Shown here: positions 10,901 through 24,490 of the stretch, one piece after another | Position numbering within the stretch: the stretch's first letter is position 1 | How the letters are laid out: each line of letters starts with the position of its first letter | Assembly: GCF_964355755.1 (NCBI RefSeq) | Contig: NC_092675.1 | Span: 1,297,812 to 1,361,811, forward strand | Direction: 5' to 3' | DNA length: 64,000 nucleotides | Origin: Antedon mediterranea | Lineage: Eukaryota > Animalia > Echinodermata | Program-made: the position numbers and the translations under genes | The notes under the pieces: generated by a model | What the model saw: the letters and a program-made list of their open reading frames with translations, nothing else | The model's database searches: none | Told to the model about the DNA's origin: nothing

Positions 10901-13900
10901 TATGCATTCATTATGTTATAAAAATGAATAAAATAAATGTGCTTACGACACTTTGCTATCAATTTTTCTCCATTCCAGTACGTAAGTATTAAGATTCGAA
11001 CTTCCAGGTTTACGCGGGAATTTCCAACTGACATGTACTTCACTTGTTGACATGGCCGTGGCTTCAAGCTTGCGTGGTTTTCCTGGTTCTACAAAAGTTT
11101 ACAGAAATAACAGTCATTATTAATAACAGATTTATGCAACCAATATGAAAAAAAAATCAATTTTAGAGCAAAAGATAGAATAGTAGAACTTACAGTAAAT
11201 ACAAAGCTGTATCATCCATAGATGGATCCAATAACAATTCAAAAGATAGGACATATAGTAGGTTCACTTCAGCACTTAAATACACAATTTTTGGGGCCCT
11301 TCCCCACCCCCACGCACCACACAAACAGATTTTGAAATGTCAATTTTATATCAACAGTATATCTGCTAAATCTGTGCTCTCAAAAAAATCACTACCATCT
11401 TATTGTCATCAACAGCAAATGCTTTTGGACTAATCATGAGGTACTAACTCCTGCCATGCTTTTGGACTAATCATCAGGTACAAACTCCTGCCATGCTTTC
11501 TGCCAAGTCATCAAATTACATACAGTATAAACTTACCACTCGAACGATCAGGTATCTGCTTTTTAATAACTTTTGTTTTTCCATAAGAATTAAATGCAAC
11601 AACACTAACGTAAAACTGTTCAAACATTGAAATTTCTGTAGGAAAACAAAATAAAGGGTTAAACATGTTTGGCAACTATTGGCAATGACACTTAAGACTA
11701 ATTATGATTAATAGATTATGGAGTGAGAAAGTCAAATGGCTGAGTAGTTAAGGCAGGATCAGTGCCGTTTACAGTACCTGAGAGGCAATTATTATTTTTT
11801 TATATTTGGCATGGATTTGAGCTCCTAGTTTTGGTGGTGGAACAAGTCTTCTATGATAAGGACTATAAACTGTAGGTCCATTGCACCATGTGTGCCCCCA
11901 GAACCCAGTTCATCATTCGAGACGAGTAGGGGGTTACTCTGGTGAACTGCTTTTATCTATATATAAATTTATGTAAGGGCAAAATTTGGTAAATCACGCG
12001 TTATTTCTAGAATGTTTACTCGATGGTATATAAAGTTGGTTTGTACTTTCGATACTGATTTTAACCACCTGATGTAACCCTGTTTACTAATTAAATTGAG
12101 TTCGACAATTAGTTATTGACGATTAAAACGGATTTAGGTTCAACGATTTGCCCCAAATAGGGGTGTTTTCCGATCGTGGTATACACTGTCTAATGCATGT
12201 CCATCTTGAAAAATACCCGCATATAATAATACGAGGATGCTTCGCATTTTCCTATCTCCTCCTACAATAATTGTTTTTAATGGCTGAAAACCGGTTGAAC
12301 AGCTCGAGTATAGCATCATAATGTTGAAGACAGGCCGATTTCTTTAAAAAATACTATTTTGATAGACTTAATATACGTTTATACAAATGTATTGATTTGC
12401 AATGACTTGAACATTCCAAATTATGGTTTAACACTAGTAGGTAAATTTATGGGCCCTTGGAAAATAAACATAAATAGTATTGTAAAGCTATACAATACTG
12501 TAAATAGGTATTAACCACTTTTAATCGCCATTTGAATCGCAAATTTCTTATTGTGAGTGTTGGTACTGTTAGATATAATATAAACAAATATACTAATAAA
12601 CTTTATTACTGTGAGTGTGGGTAGCCCCTACGTTTAGATTATAAACACATAATAATATAATACTTTATTACTGACAGCTGCTTCTCAACGTTTGTATTAA
12701 TTAATAATTACAAAAAATATAAATGTCGTAGTGGTGTATCGTTACATGTACTTTACTATTTAAATTGACTATGACAGTGACAGTTTTAACAAAGTATTAA
12801 ATCGGAAATGTTTTACTCTATTTAGTGGTATATTATTTATAGGCCTATAAAAAAAATATTTCGTTACTGAGTGGATAATAAAGAAATATAAAGAATAATT
12901 TAATTTAAAAAATTGTTCCTCTTTGTACCTATCCTCATCCCCAACCCTCAACTCTAATGTTAGATACAAAACACAAAGTGGGTTTGTTTAAATGAGTCCT
13001 AGTCAAAAATTTGGACTCATTTTGTGACAAGTTTCTCTTTTGGGAGTAATTCCCGGCCAGGGTGCTAATCTTGGTTGACTACATAAATCATTGTGTCTAT
13101 TTATTTGTTTCTGTAAACGACAATGTTTTAAAGTCCTGCGGTACGTACATTTGAAATCGCCAGTGTTTTACGCTGAAATTACTATGTATTCGAGAACCAT
13201 CTGTGAGCATGACCTAGATCTAGTTATGTAAATTATGGCATTTGATGAAATAAATGTTTGTTGAATTGAATTAAATTGTTATCGTTATATTTAATGAATT
13301 TCAAGAAGAGTAAAGAAAATCAGTGTAGTGCAAGGTGTTTTTTTCCTTGTTCCTATGAACTTACTTACTCTTTATGGTCTTATTAACAGAACCTGCAGAA
13401 ACATTTTGTTGTTCTCTAATTGAATCATTCTGCCACAGAGTTACTTGGTAATCTTTAAGTTTACCGTTCAGTTCATCTTCTGAAAATGTCTAAACACAAA
13501 ACAAAATTGTTCATAATTGAAATTTATTGTTTAAACTATCACAATCTGAATACCAGTGACACCACAAACACACTTCATTTATATTTTTAAATTATACCCT
13601 TTTCACACCTACAAAAAGTAACAACTTGTAACAACCAAGTTTGCATAGTGTGAAGACAATTTTTTGGAAAATCACAAGGGATCCCTGTGAAATCTCGAGA
13701 GAAAAACACACCGATAACAGGCCTGTTTTTTGTTCCGAGATATCCCTCGGTTTTTACTGCGCGTGCATGTATTGCCCTGGTATTAAACTGACCAATCATA
13801 GTAATAGTGTGCAACTATGCTTTCTTCCCAAATTTCTCAGGGTTTGCTTATGTGTGTATGAAAATGTGTAACAAATCATTAGATCACCATTACAAGCTGT

Positions 13901-16900
13901 AACAATTAGGTATGAAGATGTGAAAAGTGTATTACTGTAGTATAGTATATTTACCGTCCATTGCACCAGGATGTCTCTTGTCAAAGTATAGTTTTTTTCA
14001 GTTACACTAAAATTGACATGACCTTCAGGTTCTAGTATAATAAGGAAGATGTTTGTTAGTTTAGTAAACAATATAGTAAAATTTCTGATTTAGTTAAAAT
14101 ATTATGCAAATGAGCACCTATAGGGTAGTTGAGCACTAACTCTTTTTTACTGAATATCCTTACACAAACCATTACAAATTATAAACTAGGTTGCAGGTAC
14201 GTTTAGGCTTGCTATATATTCAACTACATAAGCACAAATCTCAGTAAGGGCCTGTTTCTGCTATGTATATAGCGGTGAATAAACTATTTATTTTAAAATA
14301 GATTTCATAATATAAATCAAAACATTTCTGCAGGTCATAATGGCATAACTAACTCGCCAAAGTGACAAGGTCAAATCTAGCTACATTCATATTATTATAG
14401 ATACAATATATCATGTACATTAACTTACTACCATCCAGTGTTTTAGCTGAATACGTTGGTCCCCAATCACTCCAATCATTATATATATATTTTGAACGCG
14501 CTTGTAGGTTGTACCAAGTGTAGGGCTCAAGTTTAATAATAGTGATGGGCTGATTATAACGATTATCGTCATCTGAATCCTGAAAAAGCAATTATGAGAG
14601 AGAAAATAAACAGAAATGTTGTGAACATCAAGAATTTAAGTTTTAAAAACTTATCTGGTAACGATTTGCAGGATTAATCAAAGGCTAAATAAATTCTTAC
14701 CTCTTTCCAGTTTTCGTTTGTATCATTCTTGCAGTAGCGAATTTGGTAACGTAAGCTGTTCTTATAGCGACCAGCATCTGGCTGTAGTTGAACAGTAATT
14801 CTCAGTGTTGCATTAGTTGGCTCTACCTTCTTAATACTTGGCATACGAGGGATGGCAGCTATATAAAGCAAATAATAATAACAACAATATATTTTTATAA
14901 ATACAATTGTCCGTGATGCCTTATTATATTATTATTAAAATAATGTGTGAACGGAAGATTGATTACATTTATTTTTATTTTATTTAATCTTATTTATAGA
15001 GGGTGATCCTAAACAGCGTATGCTGACAATCAAGGGGCCCTGATGATGAGTTATGATACAGGTGTGTGTAACAGTCGCTGTGTATCTAGTACACGGGGTA
15101 ACTACTCGTCTCAAAAAATGTACCAGGTTATTTAAAGTGCACTGGACCTACGGTTTATAGTCCTTATTCAAGACTCGTTCTACCACCAGAACCATGGAGC
15201 GAGTGAAGCTCGAACCGGTGCCCATGTTAAGGTAGGTATTACGGTTCCTCTGTCATACCCGCTTGGCCACTCACTAACATTATTTTTAAATATTCATTTG
15301 TGATCCGCTTTATTAAACACTTTGTATATTCTTTGTTTATTATATGCAAGTAATAATATTTACTTACCTGTGTGAGAGTCAAATTTAATTTGGGTTGAGG
15401 CTTTATCAAGCTTATTGGTAACGGTTACCCTGATACGATGGGGAACTCCAGGACTGTTTGCAGAATTAATGTTACACCTAAATTCGCCAACTTTTTCAGG
15501 GCAGGTTCTCCAAGAGCTTGAGAAAAAAACAATACAGAAAATATACATGTTACTATCATAATGGATAAGATGCTAATATAGTTTATCGTACCACCTTTCT
15601 GTTTATTTACAGTATTTTCTTAATATAAAAATGACATGCTTGTTGCTATATAATAAAAATGTTTATTAATAATTATCTAGTCTAGTTATAAAATAAATTT
15701 ATGTTAATAGTTTGAACACATACAATTTTCAATACACTCTTAATTTGGCTGGCATATAAATTAATAATACTGTAATAAACAAAATTAAACAGTTGGTACT
15801 TACTCATTTTCGTATTCATATTCAAATTTATACGCATCTTTTAAATTTGTGTTTTCGGTTTTTGACCACTCACACCAATAATCAATTATGTTTGTTGAAA
15901 AACAGTTGAGTGTTGGTTTAGTTGGTGCCGCTGTATATAAAGAATATTATTTTGTAAGAAAAAAATATATCAATTGGCGTCCCCATGGCAGTAGTGTCAT
16001 TTGTTTTTGGTGTCATTAATTGGGTCCCTATTTCAAACGGAGTGCTACAGGATTTTGAGCTATTAAGAAATTGGACAATTAACTTTTTTTTAGATATTTT
16101 TTTTTAAATATTAAAATGGCATATTAAAAAAAATGTAAACAAAATTATTTTTTAGGGGGAAAATATAGGATAATATAGGATAATAGACAATAAATATAGG
16201 CCATTTTGCAGTTAAATAAATAATTCACTTCACAAAAATAATGAGCAATTTCCAAAAAATCTAGTGGGGCATGTTACAAGAACCCAGATGCTGATCCAGC
16301 CAGCAATCTAAATAAAAATAAAAATACTATTTGGTGTTAAGGTTAGAAACATTTATGAACATTTTGTAATTTGGTGGAATAAAAATGTCTTGATTTTGAA
16401 TCAAACAAATATTAACATACAGTAAAAAAACGTTTGTCAGGAGAAAAAAAAATTTAATATGATTTTAAAATAAAAAAATAAATCTTACTTCCTATATGTA
16501 GAACTGTTCCATGCCATAACGAATTTGGTAAGTAACAATGGTATTCATCATCTTTATCATTTACCATCGCTAAGTTCTGTAACCTTAGCATAGCCACTCG
16601 GTCTGATATGATATCTATCTTCGATGGGTCTATTCTATCAGTATCTTTATCATAACTAGTCGTCCATATGATATCTCTTGAGGTATATGTGGTTGAATTA
16701 TCTAACGTACAAGTAATATTTAAATCTGATCCAGCAGGTAGGGTAGGGTCCATCGGTGATGTGGTCACTAAAAAATACAATTTATTTTGTTACTAGGAGT
16801 TATGTTTATATATAAATTGTATTTATAATAAAGTAACCTATCCCTGATAAGCCAAGCGTCATCAAGCTATCCAGGTTAGGCATTATTCCACAGACTGTGA

Positions 16901-18096
16901 TCTGTTAGACTAACAAGCTCCAGATTGCTATCAATATTATACATCTCTGTATAAATAAAATAAATTATACAAAAATTGCATTTTTAAACTTTTTTTCCCT
17001 GGTATCGGGTATTTTTTTTTAATTATTACTGCTTTTTTTTTTCTTTATTATTCTATTATTTTTTTCTAAGAATCAATTTATAGAGGTAAAATTGACCAAT
17101 GTTAAAAATTGTGCTGTACATATGTAAAGTTTGTTTAAAACCTGGCAATTATCTTGGTTCATTTTATGAGTCTTATCTACCATCTTATCCAGTTTCAAAC
17201 AAAATAATTTCCTTTTTAAAGGCGATTGTGTGATATTGGTTCCTGTTATGACAACTCAACACCGGGCTCAACACACCTTTTATTTCTGGGTTCACTGGAC
17301 CTCCAATTGATTTTGCATCTTATAGATCTAAAAAAATTATCTTTAAACTAAAATGATTTCCTTTTAAGATTATTTCTTGTTTTTACATTCTTTCCTGATG
17401 ACAGGTACAGTACATTACTTTGTTTCAAAACGAAGGTTAACATATACCTGTTTTACAAAAACTTTGATCCAATCAAATCAATTCTTTACATTGTTTTTTT
17501 TTTGTAGTAATGGTAAATTTGATAAATTTCCCGTAGACAGTTTTTCCATGGTTTTTACCAAAATTTTAACTGTGACTACGATTGAAGGGCATAGGTCAAC
17601 TCTGGGTTTTTACCCAAGTCACAATTTCAGATTGGACTTTTTAGCCTGTATCGTTAGTTTTACCAAGACCATGGTAAGGTTGTAGGCCGGCTGGTAATTT
17701 TATTGAATATTAAACTTTTCTTGGCCAATTCAGCCAGCAACTCTGTTAATTTTACCAAATTAAATCCAGTGCGATCAATGTTTTAATCTTTTAGATAACT
17801 GATTTCCTGTTTTTTTAAAATAAAATTTACTTCCTTTAAAGGGTTATTCACACCTTCTGTGGTCTGGCATAATGCATCATTTTTATGTGTCACATGACTA
17901 GACTACACGCATATGAAGAGCTCATAGCTGTGTGGAGTGTCATAAAATGTATCATTGAGATGCAATTTTACAGTGTGAAAGACACTTAAAAGAAGAAAAA
18001 GTATTGTTTAATAAAATGTGAGTTAAGTTTACCTGCACGAGCATTACTATGGTACGCCTGAATGAATAAGCTTGCAAGTATATAGATTATGTTCAT
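4983..18096 (-). CDS. Type I cytokine receptor, gp130/LIFR/Domeless-like (signal peptide, Ig-like, cytokine-binding module, 5 further FN3, TM, Box1-like, long tyrosine-rich tail), 1119 aa
   Basis: Coding exons (minus): 18096-18033, 16767-16489, 15930-15804, 15516-15368, 14858-14701, 14579-14429, 14031-13955, 13489-13369, 11635-11537, 11088-10947, 10471-10314, 9860-9735, 9377-9213, 8814-8545, 8251-7901, 7118-6982, 5768-4983; all GT-AG, phases consistent, total 3360 nt. Motifs: MNIIYILASLFIQAYHSNARA leader, CFSTNIIDYWCEW, WSDWG, NGKLKDYQVTL, TM ISTVILIPGVIILTFVLVIYIY, KPWPDP. Confidence 0.9.
6215..6391. mobile_element. MITE family A (TIR AGCTCTGTCTACACTATCAAACT), PIF/Harbinger-like
   Basis: Terminal inverted repeats visible at both ends; internal CCATATTTGGGCACATCAC motifs; many other copies in the window. 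Confidence 0.85.
6417..6948. mobile_element. Non-autonomous DNA transposon, PIF/Harbinger-like, 532 bp
   Basis: TIRs GGGCGGATTGCTATAA / TTATAGCAATCCACCC, flanked by a 3-bp CAA duplication (6414-6416, 6949-6951); subterminal CGGTCT/AAGAC repeats. Confidence 0.8.
7380..7540 (-). mobile_element. ~160-bp hammerhead-bearing repeat, copy 2 (core mutated to CUGAUGG), intronic
   Basis: Matches 4234..4392; lies in the intron upstream of the TM exon. Confidence 0.75.
11718..11950 (+). mobile_element. tRNA-derived SINE, interrupted by a Helitron
   Basis: TGGCTGAGTAGTTAAG A-box-like head, shared core GATAAGGACTATAAACTGTAGGTCCA and GAGACGAGTAGGGGGTTAC; sequence breaks at the Helitron 5' end. Confidence 0.75.
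11956..13223 (+). mobile_element. Non-autonomous Helitron, copy 1
   Basis: A|TCTATATATAAA start, CTAG|T end, no target duplication; co-linear with 22312..23219 but with ~0.35 kb of extra internal sequence. Confidence 0.8.
14975..15275 (-). mobile_element. tRNA-derived SINE (same head/core family as 24947)
   Basis: Reverse complement has GTGGCCAAGCGG head, GGTTCGAG B box, core AATAAGGACTATAAACCGTAGGTCCAGTG and an A-rich tail. Confidence 0.8.
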
Positions 18097-18314
18097 GTTT
18101 ATTAATTTTAATCTGTGGAGAAGAAAAAGAAAACATGTTACCACCAATTCAAAAAGAAAAAATACACTTATCTATCCAGGAAAATCTACATCACAATATT
18201 GCCAAGAAGATCACAATGATATAATATGAAATATGACAACACTGTTGTCGATGGCAACATATGAAAACAAAAATAACATCATGTAACATGCATTGGCAGA
18301 TCCAATATCTTGAA

Positions 18315-18497
18315 ATAGGGAGGGCCCTGGGCCTTGCAATAGGAAGGGCCCTGGGCCTAATAGGGAGGGCCCTGGGCCTAAAATGGCAAATAGGTAGGGC
18401 CCTGGGCCTTGCAATAGGGAGGGCCCTGGGCCTAATAGGGAGGGCCCTGGGCCTAATAGGGAGGGCCCTGGGCCTAATAGGGAGGGCCCTGGGCCTA
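18315..18497. repeat. GC-rich 21-bp minisatellite (AATAGGGAGGGCCCTGGGCCT), about 8 copies
   Basis: Direct reading; explains ORFs 18191-18697, 18211-18414 and 18261-18500. Confidence 0.9.
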
Positions 18498-19014
18498 TAA
18501 TGGCAAATTTTAGGTCCCAAACTGATATTTAGTGTCCTATCTTTTGCATTACAAATTGCAAAAAATTGGGGGGAGGGGAGAGGCCAGCTGGGCCCCCTTT
18601 GAATCCATCTATGTGTAAATATGAAACTAAGGCTATCACTGACACTCAGAAAAACTCTGTCATAGAACATGATTGATGGCATGTATATAATATACATTTT
18701 TTATTTATTTTCCTTTTATGGTAATCTTTCTCTCTTTTTATTGTGTGTATCGTTCCCAATATTTTTGGCTTAACACACAGACAAACTTTGAATCATGATG
18801 TTCCACTAAATATGGTATGGACGTCATCAATCATCGTGCCCTCTCTAATGTATTAATTTATGTCATTTAGAAATGTTCATGAATTATTCAGGGTTTTTGT
18901 CACAACATCTTGGTGGAAAAAACATAATGGTATTGTGGTGTATTGAATCTCAATATGTATAACAGAGATCAATATGGTGTTGATGTCATTATACAGTCAT
19001 ATTCTGAATAATAT

Positions 19015-19335
19015 GGGAGTTTTCGCAGAAACACGTAAACGTTAACTTTAACGGATGACGTCAACATTCTACTCATTTCATAACAACATAATTTAGCAAA
19101 GAGTTGAGTTAATGTACTTGTTCGTTTCGATTTTGCACTTTAACGCGAGTGTTGAACAAAATGCATGTGTCGCGCACGCAACATACACTGCTCCGCTTAT
19201 TTTTTAAAAAATGGAATACCTTGGGCCTAGAGACTAGGCTCAGCTAGGCATGTTTATCATGAATATTGGGTGATAAATAGCATATTGCGATGAACAATTC
19301 TTATTCTTAAAAACATAACTCCTGCGAAAAATCCC
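19015..19335. mobile_element. Probable MITE
   Basis: Imperfect TIRs GGGAGTTTTCGCAG / CTGCGAAAAATCCC. Confidence 0.5.
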
Positions 19336-20337
19336 TATTATAATTTTTAACAACTTATCTTGATCTCTATCAAAAGCATAAAGCAAAAAAAAAACAAAAA
19401 TAATAAACTAAATCTGCTATTTATGTCACTCAACAAAATTATTCAATTATCCTCAAATGTTTCTAAACTCTCAATGGGCTGAATTTTCACATCACTTTTA
19501 AGATGTTTAAATTGTTTGTCGCATGGTTTTTCCTTTTCTCGTCACACTAAACAAATTCATATGAAAGAATGGATTTTAAGTTCTGTCTACACTATCAAAC
19601 TTGATGTGAAAACAAAATGTGATGTGCCATATATGGACATGATGATGATTGTTCTATCTCCATCACAACAAAATCTCTACAGAAATAAATAAGAAGAATA
19701 AAAATAAAGATATTTTTCCCCCAATTTTTGTTCTTTTTTTTTTTCGGGACGATCTTGGCACCATTGCTAATCTACAATAGTGATAAAAAGACTCAAATTC
19801 AAGGTTTCCAGGTAATGCAATAATTATCAGTATTGCTTCTTTAATATATTATTACAAGATTGTTTATTCCTAATCAAAGATCGCTGGTAATTAATATCTA
19901 GTAGCATCATATTAGAAGGATCTTAATAATGTAGCAATAAGCATTTGGCATTAATGTCATTAATCTTTTGTTGAAGATTTCCTCGAAAGTCAAACCGTAT
20001 TTGTGCGGTCACATTTTTATCACTCCAACAAGACATATTGATTACACTTGGTTAAAAATTAACAACATGTATTTATACCAAGTAGTACTTTATATATTTT
20101 TCAAATAATTAAATCTATGAGACATGTTGAAGAAAGATACACAAACAACTTAGAGGAGGACATTAAGAAACAGAGATTATTAAAGATGAATTTTATGGTT
20201 TGGACTAAATTGATGTCTGGCGATTTATAGTACGATACATGATAAAACAAATATTTAATAAACTTCGGTGAAAAGCATTCAACTCTCTAATTTCTTGATC
20301 TTAATGGCTTGATACCAATAAGATGAATATATATTAT

Positions 20338-20495
20338 TATCTAAAACAAACAATGAATGTTTCATGGAATGGTACAAATAATGTCAATCAGTGAATGATA
20401 AAAAGTTATATAATAAATATAATCTTTTATCATTCACCTCAACATGGCATTATTTGTACCATTCCACTCATAAACATTAATTATTTGAATAATAT
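20338..20495. mobile_element. Hairpin-type MITE (related copy at 21508..21675)
   Basis: Inverted arms TGGAATGGTACAAATAATG / CATTATTTGTACCATTCCA and GTGAATGATAAAA / TTTTATCATTCAC. Confidence 0.6.
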
Positions 20496-22311
20496 AACAG
20501 AAGAGTGTGTACTATTGCATGCATGAGTATAAAAAAATGATATATTTCTTAGTAGTTAGTTAGTCTTGTCAGTATTTTGAGAATAATCAAACAAGCTTTT
20601 AACAAGAAAAGAAATAAAAACCATTTATTTTGGCATTAATTTTCAATAACTGTATTACAAAATAAATAAAAAGGTAATTTCAATTCATATTTTCCTTTTA
20701 GATTAATTAAATGAAGGAGAATGAATCTCTAAACTATTTATAATGACAGAATATGCATATCTATCCTTTTCATATTTATGCATTAGGTGTAGGCTTTCAG
20801 AATAATCTTTTATTTTAAGGATAACAAATTAAAATCATGTTTATTGTACATAGCTACAAAAAGAAATGTTATTGGATACAGTATGCTACATTTCAGTGAT
20901 TACATTTCTGGAATACATACTGTACATGTCATTTTATGTAATGATGTTATAACATAAGGAAATGACAAACATATTGACAGCAGATTTCCAAAGAAAGGCT
21001 TCCTAGTATTGTATTAAAACACACCTAAGTGGCAGACTTCTTTATTTATGTTGTCTTGGTCAATTTTTTCAGTTTATTAAGCCTTTTTTCTGGTTTATCT
21101 AACAATAACACTTTTGTTAAACAGTGAATAGGGAGACTATTTGTATTTTGCGATATATAAATTTAAAACCATTAAGTAGATTTTTGTCATTGATTGTGAT
21201 TGTCACATGATATTAAATAACTGCACTAGCACTTTTCGACGTTATATACAGAATTGAGTACAGAAATTTTGTAGTGGAAATCCAACAACGCTGCCAAATG
21301 ATGTCTTGGATTTGGCATGTGAACGATAAATTCAAAATGGCACTACTAGAATTTTTATAGAGCTAATTTAGACCAAAAAAACAAAACATCCTAGTTTTGT
21401 ATGGTTTTGATTAATCAATGAGAACAACTAAACAAGATGTGTAATCATAGGCCTATCGCTAATCTGCTTTTCTAGCCTACTTTAAGCCTCAGGAATATGT
21501 AGGTGTGTTAAAACAAATAATGTACGTTTTATATTTGTGCAATGGAACAAATAATTGTAGAAAGAAGAAAATTTATTATATTTTCACTTGGTGTGCCGAG
21601 CGAAAATATAACCTTTCATTTTTAATGATGAATTATTTGTACCATTGCACGGATAAACATTAATTATTTGTATAGTATACAGACATATCTCTATAATATA
21701 CCGTTTTTCAGCTCTGTAATGTTAAAAATGTCTAATTAAATTTTTATTAACGGCCTAGGTGTTGTCGGGTGTCATCTGGACCTAAAAAACTGTTGAGATG
21801 GTTAGCGAGTTCCATCGCAAAGTTTAAGAACAATACATGAAACAAATAGGAGATGTGTGTTTTTTTCTCTCTGATGTGGGTAATAGACAAACAATGTTAA
21901 TGATCTCCTAGAAAAATATGGTATTTCCATTTATGTCCTCATTTCACAATATTGTTGTTGGTGTACAGTACATACTGTACACGTCCGTAACATCCACACA
22001 AATCATTAATTTAAATAATAAGTCCCTAATGACTTAAAATGGCCTTGACTAGAGGATCCTCTAAACATATTGTATAGTGAAAGTTAATATTATTTCTTTA
22101 TTATCATTTTGTGAATTATTAATATTATATTAACTTTATTTAATTAATGAAGAGCAATCGTAGCTGTATCTTTATAATCAGTAATGGTTCGCTGGTAAAA
22201 AATTTACTTTATTAAATAAATGTTTATATTAACGGCCTAGGTCTTGAGGAAGAGCCAAAGTCAAATAATCTTCAACAGTATAAAAAATAGGCTTTTATGT
22301 ATTTACTTACA

Positions 22312-23219
22312 TCTATATGTAAATTTACGTAAGGGCAAAATTCGGTAAATCGCGCCTTACTTCTAGAATTTTTACTCGATGGTATATAAAGTTGGTTCAT
22401 ACTTTCGGTACTGACACCTGATGTAACCCTGTTTACTAATTAAATTAAGTTAGATAATTAGTTATTGATGATTAAAACGAATTTAGGTTCAACAATTTGC
22501 CCCAAATAGGGGTTTTCCGATCGTGGTATACACTGTCTAATGGATGTCCGTCTTGAAAAATACCCGTCACAAAAATGCGAGGAGGCTTCGCATTTTCCTA
22601 TCTCCTCCTACGATAATTGTTTTTAATAGCTGAAAACCGGTTGAACAGCTAGAGTACACCATCATAATGTTGAAGACAGGCCGATTTTCTTAAAAAAATA
22701 CTATTTTGATAGATTTAATATACGATTAAAAATTGTATTGATTTGCGATGAATGGAACATCCCAATCTCTCAGTCTGCCAGAGTTTGGTTTAACACAAGT
22801 AGGTAAATTTATGAGCCCTTGGTTTAACACATATGGTAGGTAAATATATGGGCCCTTTGAGAATAAACTTGCAATACTTACTGTAAATACCTATTAATTA
22901 TTTTTTTTATTTTTATTTTTATTTTTTATGTGTTACATAAAAAACACAAATTGGGTTTCTTTAAATGAGTCTAAATCAAAAATTTGGACTCATTTTGTGA
23001 TAAGTTTCTCCTTCGGAAGTAATTCCCAGGGTGCTAATTTTAGTTGACTACATAAATCATCGTGTCTATTTATTCGTTTCTGTAAACGACTAACAACAAT
23101 TTATTATAGTCCTGCGGTACGTACATTTAAAATCGCCATTTGCTACGCTGAAATTACTGTGTATTCGAGAACCATCTGTGCGCACGACCTAGAACGAGCG
23201 AAGCGAGCGTACCATCTAG
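22312..23219 (+). mobile_element. Non-autonomous Helitron, copy 2
   Basis: A|TCTATATGTAAA start; GAGCGAAGCGAGCGTACCATCTAG|T end; high similarity to 11956..13223. Confidence 0.8.
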
Positions 23220-23987
23220 TTTTATAAATTAACATATTTTCTATGTATATTTCAATTTATTTACATTTTTATAAATATGGTTTTGTTTTTAATTTCTTTA
23301 ATTTGAAAGCACAGACCATTAACATACATTTCCTACAACACTAAATAATTAATTGAACGATTTCGCTTTTCCACAGTATATAACTAAAGAACATGAATAC
23401 TAGATTTAACCATATAAGTAATTTCTCTATGATTTAACTAGGTTCATGAAAACCAGATGCATAAACATTGAAACTCATCAACTGTTCAAATATCAGTCTC
23501 AATTAAAATGTTTAATATATTTGGTCAAGAAACTAATTAGGCCAAGATAAAACAAAAAGAAGCTTCTCATCCTTATGCGTATCACTGAGACACCTTCTCA
23601 AAAAAGTTAAATTGCACGGCACCCTGCACGGCGCCCTGCACGGCGTTCTACATGGCAAGTACATGCCGTGCAGGTGCAGACAAAACCAGTAGATTTGAAC
23701 CGCCCTTTTCATTAATTAATTTATTAATTAGGTTAGGCCGTTTTAAAAAATATAAATATCAAATATTTGGTTTTTTTTATGGATTTTGTACACTAAAAAA
23801 CAATCCAGATTTCAAGTTTTTGAAAATGACTGGTCTGTACCAAGGCCCAGAAAGAGGTAGGACAAATGAAAATGTTAGGGCCGTACTCACTTGAGTAGTT
23901 ACTGGTGTTGCATCAGTAGATCTTAAATCTTTCTTTCGCTATTTTAAAAGTTACATATTAAAAGGGGAACCCCAGGACTGTGTTGCC

Positions 23988-24490
23988 TTATTTATTTATT
24001 TATTTATTCTTTCTTTTGACTGGATTGGATTTTCAGTAACGCAGTACTGCTTTCCAAAATGGTCCAGTTATACAACGTTTAAAAGTAAATAAAAATTATA
24101 ACATAAATACACAGTAGGCCTAATTTAAAAGATATATACAGAACAGTTAAAAACAAATAAAATATAAAAAATTAAATATAAAAAAATGTAGGATCACTTG
24201 GATGACATAAGAGTTGCTATATTTTTGAGTTTATAAATATGTTTCCCAGTTACTTTTGTTCTAGTTTCAGTTGGTAAAATATTCCATTCTTTTGTTGCTC
24301 TATTTGAAGGTTCTTTTACCTTGAGCATTTTTCCAATTTGGTGTAATTAATGTTTACAACTTTGGCTACGGGTGCATTTGGGGTGGAGGGAGTCATTAAA
24401 CTTAAACATTGAGGATAAATATGATGGTGAATGGCCATTAATGCCATACATTGGACGGTAGACCACTATCTCCAATTCTCTGAGGGTCCT
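23988..24490 (-). mobile_element. Degenerate LINE (L2/CR1 group) ORF2 C-terminus and 3' tail
   Basis: Frameshifted minus-strand translation gives MYGINGHSPSYLSSMFK...AQGKRTFK/RATKEWNILPTETR, the typical L2/CR1 ORF2 end, followed by an (AATA)n tail. Confidence 0.65.

Noticed and set aside
15040-15060. CTGATGA box suggesting another hammerhead (also ~11471 and ~63395)
   Set aside because: No stem II followed by GAAA and no cleavage triplet geometry.
18191-18697. RPRALPI / GRALGL repeat ORFs
   Set aside because: 21-bp minisatellite artefact.
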